This document shows positions 20,184 to 32,368 of a DNA stretch of 64,000 bases, piece by piece. Source of the stretch: an uncultured Clostridia bacterium (GTDB lineage Bacteria; Bacillota; Clostridia; TANB77; CAG-508); the NCBI GenBank assembly GCA_944391745.1, contig CALXUS010000001.1:81425-145424 (forward strand), written 5' to 3'. The position numbers were made by a program, and so were the translations under genes. Each line of letters opens with the position of its first letter. The first letter of the stretch is position 1. The notes under the pieces are model-generated. The model ran no database searches. It was given only the letters and a program-made list of their open reading frames with translations, and was not told where the DNA came from.

Positions 20184-20613
20184 CTTTATCACCACCTATT
20201 TCAGTTTCTTTTTTTACAAATTTAGCTTTAACAGATAGTTTGTTTCCAGCAAGACGTAGTGCTTCTCTTGCAACATCTTCTGAAACTCCTCCCATTTCAA
20301 ACATTATTCTTCCTGGTTTAACAGGGGCTACCCAATATTCAACATTACCTTTTCCTTTACCCATACGAGTTCCAATAGGTTTGCTTGTTATTGGTTTGTC
20401 TGGGAATATTTTAATCCAAACTTTTCCACCTCTTTTAATATATCTTGTCATAGCAACACGGGCTGCTTCTATTTGATTTGAGGTGATTAATCCTAATTCT
20501 AATGCTTGTAAACCATATTCTCCATCTGTTACTTTATTTCCTCTAGTAGCTTTTCCTCTAATTCTACCTTTTTGCATTTTTCTATATTTAGTCTTTTTTG
20601 GCATCAATGGCAT
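20173..20613 (-). CDS. rplP: 50S ribosomal protein L16
   Basis: Conserved start [12 protein letters not shown] at 20613 (RBS ggagga). The ORF-track 5' extension is non-coding read-through of the rpsC 3' end. Confidence 0.9.
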   Translation of the reverse strand: MPLMPKKTKYRKMQKGRIRGKATRGNKVTDGEYGLQALELGLITSNQIEAARVAMTRYIKRGGKVWIKIFPDKPITSKPIGTRMGKGKGNVEYWVAPVKPGRIMFEMGGVSEDVAREALRLAGNKLSVKAKFVKKETEIGGDKDED

Positions 20614-21274
20614 GATTATCTCCTCCTTCCGCTTTATTCTTTTTTGCTGGAAGAACTTCTCCTTTATATATCCAAACTTTAACACCAACTTTTCCATAAG
20701 TTGTATTTGCTTCAGCAAATCCATAGTCTATATCTGCTCTTAAAGTTTGAAGAGGAACTGTTCCTTCTTTATAGAATTCAGTTCTAGCCATGTCTGCTCC
20801 ACCTAATCTTCCAGATACTGAAGTTTTTATACCTAAAGCACCTGATTTCATAGCTTTTTGCATACATTGTTTCATAGCACGTCTGAATGAAATTCTTCTT
20901 TCTAGTTGTCCAGCGATGTTTTCTGCTACTAATTGAGCATTTGTATCAACATCTTTAACTTCAACTATATTTAAATTTACTTGTTTATTAATCATTTTTT
21001 CAATTTCTGATTTTAAACTTTCAGCTAAGTTTCCACCTTTACCAATTACTAGACCTGGTTTTGCTGTGTAAACATTAACTTTAACAAATTTTGGTGTTCT
21101 TTCAATTTCTATTTTTGAAATTCCACTAACATATAATTTTTTCTTAACATATTCACGGATTTTGTGGTCTTCAACTAGATAGTCGCTGTAATGTTTTTTG
21201 TCTGCATACCATTTTGAGCTCCAATCATTGATAACACCAACTCTGTATCCACGTGGGTCTACTTTTTGTCCCAT
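20588..21274 (-). CDS. rpsC: 30S ribosomal protein S3
   Basis: 228 aa, KH domain plus S3 C-terminal domain. Confidence 0.95.
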   Translation of the reverse strand: MGQKVDPRGYRVGVINDWSSKWYADKKHYSDYLVEDHKIREYVKKKLYVSGISKIEIERTPKFVKVNVYTAKPGLVIGKGGNLAESLKSEIEKMINKQVNLNIVEVKDVDTNAQLVAENIAGQLERRISFRRAMKQCMQKAMKSGALGIKTSVSGRLGGADMARTEFYKEGTVPLQTLRADIDYGFAEANTTYGKVGVKVWIYKGEVLPAKKNKAEGGDNHAIDAKKD

Positions 21275-21297
21275 TTGTCTATGCCTCCTTCTTTATT

Positions 21298-21855
21298 TTA
21301 TACACGTTCTTTTAATACTATTGTAGTATTACTTGTTCTTTTTCTAATTCTAACAGCTGAACCTTTTGCTGCTGGTCTGATTCTTTTTAATGTAGGACCT
21401 TGATTTGAGAATATTTCAGCTATATATAATTTTGAATGACTCATTTGATTATTGTTTTCAGCATTTGCTATTGCTGATTTTAATAATTTTTCTAGTACTT
21501 CAGCTCCTGCTTTTGGTGTAAATTTTAATATTGCTAATGCTTCATCAACATTTTTTCCTCTAATTAAGTTTGCAACAATAGCAATTTTTCTGCTAGAAAT
21601 TCTTGCATATTTAACTGTAGCTTTTGCTACTAATTCTTCAGTTTCAGATTTATTTTCAGTTTTCTCAACTTTAACTGTATTTTTTGTTTCTTCTACTTTC
21701 TTTGCTGCAGTTTTTGTTTCTTCTTTTTTTACTGTTTCTTTCTTTTCAGCTGTTTTAGCTGTAGTTGTTTTTGAAGAAGTTGCTTTTGTTGTTTTCTTTG
21801 TTTCTGCTGGTTTTTTTGAAGTAGTAGTTTCTTTCTTTTCTTTTTCGTCTGCCAC
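21298..21855 (-). CDS. rplV: 50S ribosomal protein L22, with a roughly 75-aa Lys/Thr/Glu-rich N-terminal extension (GTG start)
   Basis: Core [23 protein letters not shown]...; no internal Met precedes the core. GTG at 21853-21855 with RBS aggagg. Confidence 0.85.
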   Translation of the reverse strand: MADEKEKKETTTSKKPAETKKTTKATSSKTTTAKTAEKKETVKKEETKTAAKKVEETKNTVKVEKTENKSETEELVAKATVKYARISSRKIAIVANLIRGKNVDEALAILKFTPKAGAEVLEKLLKSAIANAENNNQMSHSKLYIAEIFSNQGPTLKRIRPAAKGSAVRIRKRTSNTTIVLKERV

Positions 21856-21924
21856 TGTAAATTACCTCCTTTTTACAATTTTATTATTTTAATTGTAGAT
21901 TCTTAATATTTATCTTCTTAATTA

Positions 21925-22206
21925 TTATTTTGTTGTAGTTGTTGTTTTGTCTCCTGAATGTCCTTTAAAAGTTCTTGTAGGAGCAAACTCACCTAGTTTA
22001 TGTCCAATCATTTCTTCAGTGATATAAACTGGAACATGTTTTCTACCGTCATGAACAGCTATTGTGTGTCCAACCATTTGTGGGTATATTGTTGAAGCTC
22101 TTGACCATGTCTTTAAAACTTCTTTGTTTCCACTTTCATTCATAGCTTCAATTCTTTTTAATAATTCTGGTGCTACATAAGGTTTTTTCTTGCTTGATCT
22201 TGACAT
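21925..22206 (-). CDS. rpsS: 30S ribosomal protein S19
   Basis: 93 aa, canonical. Confidence 0.95.
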   Translation of the reverse strand: MSRSSKKKPYVAPELLKRIEAMNESGNKEVLKTWSRASTIYPQMVGHTIAVHDGRKHVPVYITEEMIGHKLGEFAPTRTFKGHSGDKTTTTTK

Positions 22207-22280
22207 CGTAATCTCCTTTCTACCTTTTCTTTAAGAGAAGCATGAGTTTTACTCTCTTCTCTTAAAATTTTGGCAATTAA

Positions 22281-23108
22281 TTATTTTCTTCTCTTTGTAA
22301 TTAATCTATTAGATTTTTTGTGTTTTGCTCTTGTCTTGTATCCAAGTGCTGGTTTGCCCCAAGGAGTCATTGGTCCAGCGTGACCAACTGGTGCTTTACC
22401 TTCACCACCACCATGTGGGTGATCTACTGGGTTCATAACAGAACCTCTAACTGTAGGACGAACTCCTAAGTGTCTTGTTTTACCAGCTTTTCCTAATTTT
22501 ACGTTTTCATGTTCTTCATTTCCGATAACACCTATTGTTGCTTTACAACAAGCTAAAACTAATCTCATCTCTCCTGATGGTAATCTTAAATGAGCATATT
22601 TACCTTCTTTAGCCATTAATTGAGCTGATTGACCAGCTGCTCTAACTAACTTACCACCTTGATTTGGATTTATTTCTACATTATGAACTAATGTACCAAC
22701 TGGTATATTTTCTAATTTTAAGCAGTTTCCTGGTTTAATATCTGCTGTATCTGCAGATACAACTTTATCTCCATCTTTTAATCCTTTTGGAGCTAAAATA
22801 TAGCTTAATGTTCCATCTGTATATTTAATTAATGCTATATTTGCACTTCTGTTTGGATCATATTCGATTCCGATAACTTCTGCTTCCATATCTAATTTAT
22901 TTCTCTTGAAATCTATTTTTCTATATTTTTGTCTGTTTCCTCCACCTTGATGTCTAACTGTTATTTTTCCTTGTGCATTTCTTCCTGATTTAGCTTTTTT
23001 TACTTCTAATAATGATTTTTCAGGAGTTTTCTTTGTTATTTCAGAAAAATCTGATACAGCCATTCCTCTTAATGATGGAGTAATTGGTCTAAATTTCTTT
23101 GTTCCCAT
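22281..23108 (-). CDS. rplB: 50S ribosomal protein L2
   Basis: 275 aa, canonical. Confidence 0.95.
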   Translation of the reverse strand: MGTKKFRPITPSLRGMAVSDFSEITKKTPEKSLLEVKKAKSGRNAQGKITVRHQGGGNRQKYRKIDFKRNKLDMEAEVIGIEYDPNRSANIALIKYTDGTLSYILAPKGLKDGDKVVSADTADIKPGNCLKLENIPVGTLVHNVEINPNQGGKLVRAAGQSAQLMAKEGKYAHLRLPSGEMRLVLACCKATIGVIGNEEHENVKLGKAGKTRHLGVRPTVRGSVMNPVDHPHGGGEGKAPVGHAGPMTPWGKPALGYKTRAKHKKSNRLITKRRK

Positions 23109-23213
23109 TTTTCTTTCTCCTTTTTTATTTTAGTAGATTTTTTCCTGCTCTACTTAGACAGATATTTTTTATTATCCGAGTTATGTCTCGATATTTTTCA
23201 ATTCAATTATTTA

Positions 23214-23560
23214 TTATGCACCTGCAAATTCATCAATTGAATCTTTGTATTTTTTAGAAACTTTTGTTACTTTTCCGCCTTTAGCTATATATGATAAATC
23301 TCCTGGATTTGTATCTATTGTAACTATAGCTTTTTTCCAGTCAGAAGTTTTTCCAACATTTCTTCCAACTCTTTTTTCTTTTCCTTTTACAGTCATTGTA
23401 TTAACTTTTAATACTTTAACTTCAAATAATTTTTCTATTGCTCTCGCAATATCTACCTTTGTAGCATTTTTATTAACTTTAAAGGTATACTTACCAAGAT
23501 TAATTTGGTCATTGCTCTTTTCTGTAACAACTGGAGCAATTATAACATCTTCTGGTTTCA

Positions 23561-23561
<1 letters not shown>
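23214..23561 (-). CDS. rplW: 50S ribosomal protein L23 (C-terminal extension)
   Basis: 115 aa. Confidence 0.9.
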
Positions 23562-24184
<623 letters not shown>

Positions 24185-24200
24185 TTTCTTTCCTCCTTCC

Positions 24201-24830
24201 TTATGCTTTTACACTTGATTTAATTTTTAATATTGCACCTTTAGCTCCAGGAACGCTTCCTTTTACTAAAATTACATTTTTATCTAAATCAACTTTTACT
24301 ACTTCTAGATTTTGGATTGTAACTGTTTCTACACCCATGTGTCCTGGTAAGTTCTTACCTGGGAATACTCTACCTGGTGTAGATGTTGGTCCCATTGAAC
24401 CTGGTCTTCTATGATACATAGAACCATGTCCCATTGGTCCTCTAGATTGTCCATGACGTTTAATAACACCTTGGAATCCTTTACCTTTAGAAGTTCCTTG
24501 AACGTCAACTTTGTCACCTACTGCAAATACGTCTGCTTTAAGTTCATCGCCAACTTTCATTCCTTCTACTGAATCTAATCTAAATTCTCTTAAATATTTT
24601 TTTGGAGCTAATTTATTTTTATTTAAATGACCTAATTGAGGTTTATTTAACTTCTTTTCTTTAACATCTCCAAAACCTAATTGAACAGCTGTATATCCAT
24701 CTTGTTCTACAGTTTTAATTTGAGTAACTGTGCATGGTCCAACTTCAATAGCTGTTACTGGAATAACTTTTCCTTCTTCATCAAATATTTGAGTCATTCC
24801 AACTTTTCTTCCTATTAATGCTTTTTTCAT
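24201..24830 (-). CDS. rplC: 50S ribosomal protein L3
   Basis: 209 aa. Confidence 0.95.
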   Translation of the reverse strand: MKKALIGRKVGMTQIFDEEGKVIPVTAIEVGPCTVTQIKTVEQDGYTAVQLGFGDVKEKKLNKPQLGHLNKNKLAPKKYLREFRLDSVEGMKVGDELKADVFAVGDKVDVQGTSKGKGFQGVIKRHGQSRGPMGHGSMYHRRPGSMGPTSTPGRVFPGKNLPGHMGVETVTIQNLEVVKVDLDKNVILVKGSVPGAKGAILKIKSSVKA

Positions 24831-24901
24831 TTTTCCCTCCTATTGGCTGACATTTTGTTTTTGCTTTTTTGATTTGCTTATGCCAGCATAGCTTTAATTA
24901 A

Positions 24902-25258
24902 TTATAATTTAATTTCTATATCTACACCAGCTGGTAAGTCTATTTTCATAAGACTGTCAACTGTTTTTTGTGTTGGATAAAGAATATCGATAACTCTTTT
25001 ATGAGTTCTTAATTCAAATTGTTCTCTTGAATCTTTGTCTTTGTGTGGAGAACGAATAACTGTTACAACTTCCTTTTCTGTTGGAAGTGGAATAGGTCCT
25101 GAAACTTTTGCTCCTGTCTTTTTAGCAGTATCTACTATTTTCTCAGCAGACTGTTCTAAAACAACATGATCATAAGCTTTAAGTCTTATTCTGATCTTCT
25201 CGCTTTTTGCAGCACTTGTTTTTGTAACTGTTTTTTCTGAATTCTTCTTTGTTGCCAT
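24902..25258 (-). CDS. rpsJ: 30S ribosomal protein S10 (about 16-aa N-terminal extension)
   Basis: Core [16 protein letters not shown]...; first gene of the S10 operon. Confidence 0.92.
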   Translation of the reverse strand: MATKKNSEKTVTKTSAAKSEKIRIRLKAYDHVVLEQSAEKIVDTAKKTGAKVSGPIPLPTEKEVVTVIRSPHKDKDSREQFELRTHKRVIDILYPTQKTVDSLMKIDLPAGVDIEIKL

Positions 25259-25560
25259 ATTTTTACCTCCTTAAAATGATATTTTAGTCGGAAGTTATAA
25301 ACGCACCCTTGTGTTTCTTTTTCTTTCAACATAAAATCCCAAGTTTGCATGATATTCTTGGGATAAGTGCTTTTTATTTATACTTACCGCCTTGGTCTTA
25401 GCCATGACATACTCCATAGAAGTTCCCTCCATCGCTTACGTAAGTAAGTGTGTAGCCACATTCTACTTCAACGCATCTCTTTACATGCTTTTCTATTATA
25501 TACTAATTAATGCCTAAAGTCAAGGGGTTTAAGCTAAGTTTTTGTTAGATTTTTTGATAA
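25259..25560 (-). promoter_or_regulatory. About 300-nt S10-operon leader containing a GC-rich structured patch and an attenuator-like hairpin (atcccaag...cttgggat followed by a T-run)
   Basis: Non-coding. Hairpin tcccaag/cttggga followed by ttttatg on the minus strand, roughly 80 nt before the rpsJ start. Confidence 0.35.
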
Positions 25561-25563
25561 ATA

Positions 25564-25613
25564 AAAAATTCTCATTTTCTTTTAGCCTATTAACTAAAAA
25601 ATGAGAATTTTTT
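25564..25613 (-). terminator. Intrinsic terminator after the RCC1-repeat gene
   Basis: 15-bp inverted repeat aaaaattctcatttt/aaaatgagaattttt with flanking T-run. Confidence 0.6.
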
Positions 25614-25641
25614 ATTTTTACTTTATTATATGAACTTTATT

Positions 25642-27645
25642 TTAATTAGGTATTATAAAAAAGCCTGCATGCATTACATCTCCGTTTTCAAGTACATATA
25701 AAACATTAGAACCATTATTTACAAATTTTATTATTTTTTGATTATATAGTGGATTATTTTCAACTTTATTTAAACAAACAGGTGTTAAAAGATTTGTTTT
25801 ATCTACACCGCTTCCAGCCTGACCATGATCATTGTCTCCCCATAAATAAACATTATTTTCTTCATCTAATGCTATAACTGAATTAGCTTCTCTAGATGAT
25901 GCTTCAATTTGTATTATCTTCTTATTATATAGAGTGGAATTTTTCTGTGCAGTTAAGCATATTGGCGATGATACATTTTCTAATTCGCCATCTGCCACTT
26001 GACCATCTGTATCACTTCCCCACATATATAAGTTATTTTCATTATCTAATACCATTATTGTCGCATTATTGTTATAAAATTCTGTTACTTTTTTATCTTT
26101 TAAAGGACTATTTTCTATATCATTTATACAAATTGGTATATTCCTATTTTGCATGGTTCCGTCTCCGACTTGGCCTTCATCATTCCTTCCCCATGAATAA
26201 ATTTTTCCGTCTTCGCTAATTGCATAAGCCGTTCCTAAGTCATATACATATATTTCTTTTATTTTTCTATCTTTTAACAAATTATTAGATATATCACTTA
26301 TGCATACAGGATATCTTCTATTTGTAAAAGTTCCATCTCCTAGTTGACCCTCGTCATTTAATCCCCAAGAATATACTCTTCCTTCATCATCTAATGCATA
26401 AATTGAACTATCTATTATATTATTAACATATACAAATTTTCTGTCTTTAAGTTCACTAAATAAGTCATTTATACATACAGGTAAATATTTATCTTTTGTT
26501 GTTCCATCTCCTAATTGTCCTTGGCGATTGTATCCCCATGAATATAGTTTTCCATTTTCATCTATAGCATAAGCATTTCCCCAATAATTATCTATAAAAA
26601 TATTTTTTATTACTTTATTATTTAATGCACTCCCTGGAATATCACTTATACATTTAGGAATATATCTATCACTTTGAGTTCCATCTCCTAAACTTCCTGA
26701 AGTATTACTTCCCCATGAATATACTTTTCCATCTTTATCTAATGCAATTATGTTATGATGACTTGGATAAATATTAGTTATATATATATTATTTAGTTCA
26801 CTATTTTCAATATCACTTATACATATTGGTAAATTTCTATTTTCTTTAGTCCCATCACCTATAATCCCGTATTCATTATTTCCAAATGAATATACTTTTC
26901 CTTCGTCATCTATTACAAATATTGCATTTTCTGTAAATACCTTTTCTACTTTCTTTCCATATAGAGCATTTCCTTCTGAGTCAGTTAAACAAGTTGGTAA
27001 AAAATTTGAATAATTTTCTTCGCCAGTCCAAGCATATATTTTATTTTCATTATCAATAAATCCACCATTAAAAATTTGTTTTATTCCTGAGTTTGAAACA
27101 TTTTTTATTGTACTTTTATCAAGTTTTATTAACTCACTATTTGTATTTAATTTTTCATTTGAAAAACCTACCGTTCCATCCATTGTCTCAACATATATCA
27201 ATCCATATAACATTCCTGCATCAATAACTTTTTTAGCATCTTCTTCTGTTAAATCACTTATTTGTTCTACTTCTCCATTTTGGTTAACCTTATACCTATG
27301 ATTTGTATCTTTAAACCATACTATTAAATCATTTCCTGAAGCAGTAACTTGTACATTATCTTTGCTTTTTTCTAGTTCTTCCTGCATTGCACCTGCTGAA
27401 ACAATATTTGAATAATCACTCATTTTACAAGAACTATAGGCTAATTGTATTGATTCAATTTCATTTGCTATAATAGTTTTTTCACGTGCTCCAATTGTTC
27501 TTGATATAATTCCATTTTCTCCAATAGTTAATGAAATAGCTACAGAAGCCAAAATTAATAATATTATAATTGTTACTACTAATGCAATTAATGTTATACC
27601 TTTAGCTTGTTTTAAAAATTTATTTTTTTCATATAAGTTACCCAT
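25642..27645 (-). CDS. RCC1-repeat (beta-propeller) protein with a type IV prepilin-like N-terminus (leader ...KQAKG, then ITLIALVV...)
   Basis: More than 7 repeats of YSWGxNxxGQLGDGT. ATG at 27645 has a perfect RBS aggag. GITLIA motif with Ala at +5. Confidence 0.7.
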   Translation of the reverse strand: MGNLYEKNKFLKQAKGITLIALVVTIIILLILASVAISLTIGENGIISRTIGAREKTIIANEIESIQLAYSSCKMSDYSNIVSAGAMQEELEKSKDNVQVTASGNDLIVWFKDTNHRYKVNQNGEVEQISDLTEEDAKKVIDAGMLYGLIYVETMDGTVGFSNEKLNTNSELIKLDKSTIKNVSNSGIKQIFNGGFIDNENKIYAWTGEENYSNFLPTCLTDSEGNALYGKKVEKVFTENAIFVIDDEGKVYSFGNNEYGIIGDGTKENRNLPICISDIENSELNNIYITNIYPSHHNIIALDKDGKVYSWGSNTSGSLGDGTQSDRYIPKCISDIPGSALNNKVIKNIFIDNYWGNAYAIDENGKLYSWGYNRQGQLGDGTTKDKYLPVCINDLFSELKDRKFVYVNNIIDSSIYALDDEGRVYSWGLNDEGQLGDGTFTNRRYPVCISDISNNLLKDRKIKEIYVYDLGTAYAISEDGKIYSWGRNDEGQVGDGTMQNRNIPICINDIENSPLKDKKVTEFYNNNATIMVLDNENNLYMWGSDTDGQVADGELENVSSPICLTAQKNSTLYNKKIIQIEASSREANSVIALDEENNVYLWGDNDHGQAGSGVDKTNLLTPVCLNKVENNPLYNQKIIKFVNNGSNVLYVLENGDVMHAGFFIIPN

Positions 27646-27709
27646 TACTTTAATTCTCCTTTGTTCGCTTAATATAGTCTTTTCATTATTATATATAAAA
27701 TATAATAAA

Positions 27710-29339
27710 CTATTCAAAATAGCCTATTTTTCTTTTGTAATCATCATAATCTCCAATATATGAAGTAGCCTTACCATTTTTAAATTCTACTACTTTATTT
27801 GCAAATTTATTTATAAAATATCTATCATGGCTTACAAATATAAGTGTACCATCAAAATCGCTTAAAGCCTCTTCTAATACTTCTTTAGTTGGAATATCTA
27901 TATGATTTGTTGGTTCATCTAAAATTAATGTATTTATTCTTTTTTGAAGTAATTCTGCTAGTTTTACTTTCATTCTTTCGCCACCTGATAAACTTCCCAC
28001 TTTTCTTATTACATCTTCTCTATAAAATTGAAAGTTTGCAAGTATTTGTCTAGCTTTTTGTTCATTTATTTCGGCTGCCATTTCAAAATATTCTAGTAGT
28101 GTCTGATTTTCTTTAGGAAAAGTTATTATTTGTGGTAAATACCCTATAATTACACTTGGTCCTATTTCAATATTTCCTTGTACTGGTAGTTCTTGAATTT
28201 TAAGTACAGACTTTACAAATGTTGATTTTCCGCTTCCATTATTGCCTATTATCGCAATTCTTTCCTTTGAGAAAATTTCTAAACTTATTTCATCTAAAAT
28301 CTTGTTGCCATCAGGTGCTTTTACTGATAAATTTTCCACATTAATTATTCTTTTACTTGATTTTCTTTCTTCTTTGAATTCTACATTAATTTTTTTATGT
28401 TCTTTAGGTTTGTTTACTGCTATCTTTTTTAGTCGGTCAATTTGCGTTTGAAGGCTATGAGCTCTGTCACATAAAGTTGAACTATTTGTTGCCATTCCTC
28501 TTTCTGCAAAATATTTCCTTTGCTCTTCAAGTCTTTTAATTATTGCCTGTTGATCTTTATAATTCTCCATCTGCTTTTCGAAATCTTTTTTCTTTTGTTC
28601 TAAATATTCAGAATAATTTGAATAATAAACTTTGCCAGTTCCATCATCTAAATCTAATATTTTGTTTGAAACTTTATCTAAAAAGTATCTATCATGTGAT
28701 ACAATAACTGATGCTCCTTTAAAAGATTTTATATAGTTTTCAAGCCATTCAATTCTTCCTATATCTAAATGATTAGTAGGTTCATCTAATAATATTAAAT
28801 CAGGTTTTTTTATAAGTATTTTAGCTAGTTGTATTAATGTTTTTTCTCCTCCACTTAAGTCATTATAACTTTGATTTAATATTTTCCTATCTATTTTTAG
28901 TCCTTCTATAACTGTATTTATATTTATATCAATATCATATCCTCCTTTTTCAGAGAATTTTTCTATTAATTTACAATATTTGTTCAATTTATTAGGATCT
29001 TCATTGTTTTCTAATTGTTTTTGTAATTTTTTTATTTGGTTTTCCATTTCTATTAAATCACTAAAACCGTCTTTTATTATTTCATAAGCTATTCTGTTAT
29101 CTATGATACTAGAACCAGTTTGATTTAAATAACCTACTTTAGCATCTTTCTTTATATTTACTTGTCCTGTATCGGCTTTTTCTATTCCTGCAATAATTTT
29201 CAGTAAAGTAGATTTTCCACATCCATTTGGACCTACTATTGAAATAGATTCTCCTTCATTTAATGAAAAAGATACATTTTCAAATAATTGTCCATAGCCG
29301 AAAATTTATCCCCAATTTATTTACATCTAGTATTATCAT
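27710..29339 (-). pseudogene. ABC-F family ATPase (two ABC cassettes), disrupted by a +1 frameshift about 13 codons into the gene
   Basis: The upstream frame encodes MIILDVNKLGINF. Deleting one C at about 29298-29300 joins it to GYGQLFENVSFSLNEGESISIVGPNGCGKSTLLKII..., in frame with the 27710..29047 ORF. Confidence 0.65.
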
Positions 29340-29384
29340 TTTTAATTCCCCTTTTTTATTTGAGAATCATCCAAAATTGAAAAA

Positions 29385-31448
29385 TTATATAGTTAACTCC
29401 GCCTTTGATGTAAAGTTTTCTCTTACTAGTAATCTTAGAGGCTGATTTTCTTCTTTTTCTAATTTTGGGTCTTTTTGTATTATTTCAATAGCTAATGCTT
29501 GAACTTCTTTTAGTTCTTGCATATCTTGAAATAAATTTGCAATTTTAAATTCTGGAAGTCCATGTTGTTTTGTTCCAAAAAATTCACCTGATCCTCTTAA
29601 TTCTAAATCTTTTTCTGCAATAATAAAGCCATTATCTGTTTTTGTCATCGTTTCCATTCTTTGTCTTGTTATATCACTTCCACCATTGTATTTTAGAATA
29701 CAGTATGACTTATATTCTCCTCTTCCAACTCTTCCTCTTAATTGATGTAATTGTGCTAGTCCAAATCTTTCAGCATTTTCAATTACCATAACACTAGCAT
29801 TTGGCACATCAACTCCAACTTCTATTACAGTTGTTGATATTAAAATTTGAATTTCTCCATTTTTAAATCTAGTCATTATATCATCTTTATCTTTTGACTT
29901 CATTTTTCCATGTAAGTATTCCACTTTAAAATCTTTAAAAACTTCAGTTTTATATTTTTCATATAATTCTGTAACCGCCTTTAGGTTTGCTGTGCTTTCG
30001 TCTTCCCCTTCTTCTACAAGAGGACATACAATATAGGCTTGTCTTCCATTTAAGACTTGTTCTTTAATAAAGTTATTAACTCTTTCTTCATATCTTTTAC
30101 TTACGGCATAAGTTTCTACTTTCTTTCTATTAGGTGGTAATTCATCTATTATTGAAATATCCAAATCTCCATATAGTATTAGTGCTAAAGTTCTTGGTAT
30201 TGGTGTTGCTGTCATTACTAGAACATCTGGATTATCTCCTTTTGCAACTATTTTTGCTCTTTGTTTTACTCCAAATCTGTGTTGCTCATCTGTTACAACT
30301 AAACCTAATTTTTTAAATACTACATTTTCTTCTAATAATGCATGTGTTCCTATTAAAATATCTACTTCTCCATTTTCTACTTTTTCTAGTACTTCTCTTT
30401 TTCTTTTTGCAGTCATTCCACCTACTAATTCTTCACATACTATCCCATATTGTTCTAGTGTTTTTTTGTAATTTTGAACATGTTGCTTTGCCAATATCAT
30501 CGTAGGGGCTAAAACCGCTACTTGATAACCACTTTTCACAGCTTTATATGCTGCAATCATTGATACAACTGTTTTTCCTGATCCAACATCACCTTGAAGT
30601 AATCTATTCATAGGTTTCTCATTTTCCATGTCCTTATTTATATCTTCTAATACTCTTAATTGGGCTTTAGTTAATTTAAATGGTAGATTATTTATTACAT
30701 CAGACATTTGTACTTTTTCATCATATTTGATACCCTTTACCTGTTCATTATTTTCATACTTTAATGCTAGTAGTCCTAATTGCATTGATAAAAGTTCATC
30801 AAATACTAATCTTTTTCTTGCATCTTTAAAACTTTGAAAATCTATTGGAAAATGAATCTCTTTAGTAGCTTCATTTATTCCCATCAAATTATATTTTTTT
30901 ATTAAGTATTCTGGTAGTACTTCAGGTAATTCATTATTTACTAGTTTTATTCCGTTTTCCATTATTTGTCTTATATTATTTTGTGATAATGAGTTTGTTA
31001 ATGGATATAAAGGTATTATTTTTCCTGTGTTCTTGTTTTTTTCTATGCTATCATAAATTGGACTATTTAATTCTATTACCCCATTTTTTATAGAGAATTT
31101 GCCGTAAAATCTATATTTTTGACCTTTTTTTATATTATCTTTTACATAGGGTTGGTTAAACCATGTAACTACACAATTATCTGTATCATCTTTAATTAAT
31201 AATTTTTCCAGACTTCTGTTTCTATTAATGTATCTAATATTTAATTCTGTTAAAGCTACTGCCTCAATAGTATATTTTTCACCGTCTTTAACATCTCTTA
31301 GTTTTGTTATAACGCTTCTATCCTCATAATCTCTTGGATAATATGTAATCAAATCTTTTAAAGTATATATATTTAATTTATTTAGTAACTTAACTCTATT
31401 AGGCCCTACACCTTTAATATATTTAACATCTTTATTTAAATCCATCAT
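29385..31448 (-). CDS. recG: ATP-dependent DNA helicase RecG
   Basis: 687 aa. Wedge domain plus helicase motifs ([15 protein letters not shown]). Confidence 0.92.
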   Translation of the reverse strand: MMDLNKDVKYIKGVGPNRVKLLNKLNIYTLKDLITYYPRDYEDRSVITKLRDVKDGEKYTIEAVALTELNIRYINRNRSLEKLLIKDDTDNCVVTWFNQPYVKDNIKKGQKYRFYGKFSIKNGVIELNSPIYDSIEKNKNTGKIIPLYPLTNSLSQNNIRQIMENGIKLVNNELPEVLPEYLIKKYNLMGINEATKEIHFPIDFQSFKDARKRLVFDELLSMQLGLLALKYENNEQVKGIKYDEKVQMSDVINNLPFKLTKAQLRVLEDINKDMENEKPMNRLLQGDVGSGKTVVSMIAAYKAVKSGYQVAVLAPTMILAKQHVQNYKKTLEQYGIVCEELVGGMTAKRKREVLEKVENGEVDILIGTHALLEENVVFKKLGLVVTDEQHRFGVKQRAKIVAKGDNPDVLVMTATPIPRTLALILYGDLDISIIDELPPNRKKVETYAVSKRYEERVNNFIKEQVLNGRQAYIVCPLVEEGEDESTANLKAVTELYEKYKTEVFKDFKVEYLHGKMKSKDKDDIMTRFKNGEIQILISTTVIEVGVDVPNASVMVIENAERFGLAQLHQLRGRVGRGEYKSYCILKYNGGSDITRQRMETMTKTDNGFIIAEKDLELRGSGEFFGTKQHGLPEFKIANLFQDMQELKEVQALAIEIIQKDPKLEKEENQPLRLLVRENFTSKAELTI

Positions 31449-31621
31449 TGATTTTCCTCATACTTTCAAAAATAAATTTTATTGTACTGTAATTTTACCA
31501 CACGAACATAGGTTTGTAAACATTAATTTTTAAGACCTTAATTAAGAAAATATAATTTATTTTTAATATTGTCTTGATTAAATCGTAATTTTGTGTTATT
31601 ATTATATCTGTTACTAGTCAT

Positions 31622-31696
31622 AGGGGTATGATGTTAATGGTAGCATTCCGGTCTCCAAAACCGTGCGTGAGGGTTCAAATCCTTCTACCCCTGCCA
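31622..31696 (+). tRNA. tRNA-Trp (anticodon CCA), with encoded CCA end
   Basis: 7-bp acceptor stem aggggta/tacccct. Anticodon loop cuCCAaa. T-loop GGTTCAAATCC. Confidence 0.85.
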
Positions 31697-31728
31697 AATT
31701 TGTGGGAGCATTAAAGATAGGAGTTTTT

Positions 31729-32320
31729 ATGGTTAAATTCTTTTCTAAATGCTTTCTTTTTTTATTTATTTTTATTTTAGTTTTATCCATATTTTCAGTA
31801 TCATTTTTTTACTCTTCTATTCCTGTAAATTCTGATGAATACTTTGAACAACTAGTATTATCCAATGATGGCTTTTTTTGGCCATTGCCTGGTTATTATT
31901 ATATTTCTTCTTACTTTGGAAAACGTGAATCGCCAACTTCTGGTGCATCTACTTATCATTCTGGTATTGATATTCCTGCATCTAATGGAACTAATATATA
32001 TGCTATTGAAAGTGGTACCATTACTTTTGCTAGCTGGGGCGCTGGCGGGCGGGTATACCATTGTGTTAAAGTTAGATAATCCTAGTAATATTTCTGTTTC
32101 CTATTGCCATTTGTCGCCTAATTACATAGTAAATAGAAATGACCATGTTGAAAAAGCTGAACTAATAGGCTTTGTTGGTCCCAAAAATGTGTATGGAATA
32201 AATAATAATCCATATAAAGATTCTGAAGGGAAACCGACAAATGGTGCAACAACGGGTAGTCATTTGCATTTAACAATTAAAGTAAATAATTTACCTGTTA
32301 ATCCTCTAAATTTCTTTTAA
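31729..32320 (+). pseudogene. M23 family metallopeptidase (signal-anchored), broken by a +1 frameshift in a G-run at about 32047-32053
   Basis: N-terminal half in one frame (FWPLPGYYYISSYFG...HSGIDIPASNGTNIYA...FASWGAGG). C-terminal half (YTIVLKLDNP...HLHLTIKVNNLPVNPL) is in the +1 frame. Confidence 0.65.
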
Positions 32321-32368
32321 AAAACACTAATCATATTATGTTTATACACAATACAATTAGTGTTTATT

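Noticed and set aside
20588-20724. ORF-track 5' extension of rplP ([12 protein letters not shown]...) overlapping rpsC
   Set aside because: The conserved L16 N-terminus [12 protein letters not shown] begins at the ATG at 20613 with a good RBS. The extension is read-through of the S3 3' region.
24329-24517. 62-aa minus-strand ORF inside rplC
   Set aside because: It is an alternative frame wholly embedded in the well-supported L3 gene.
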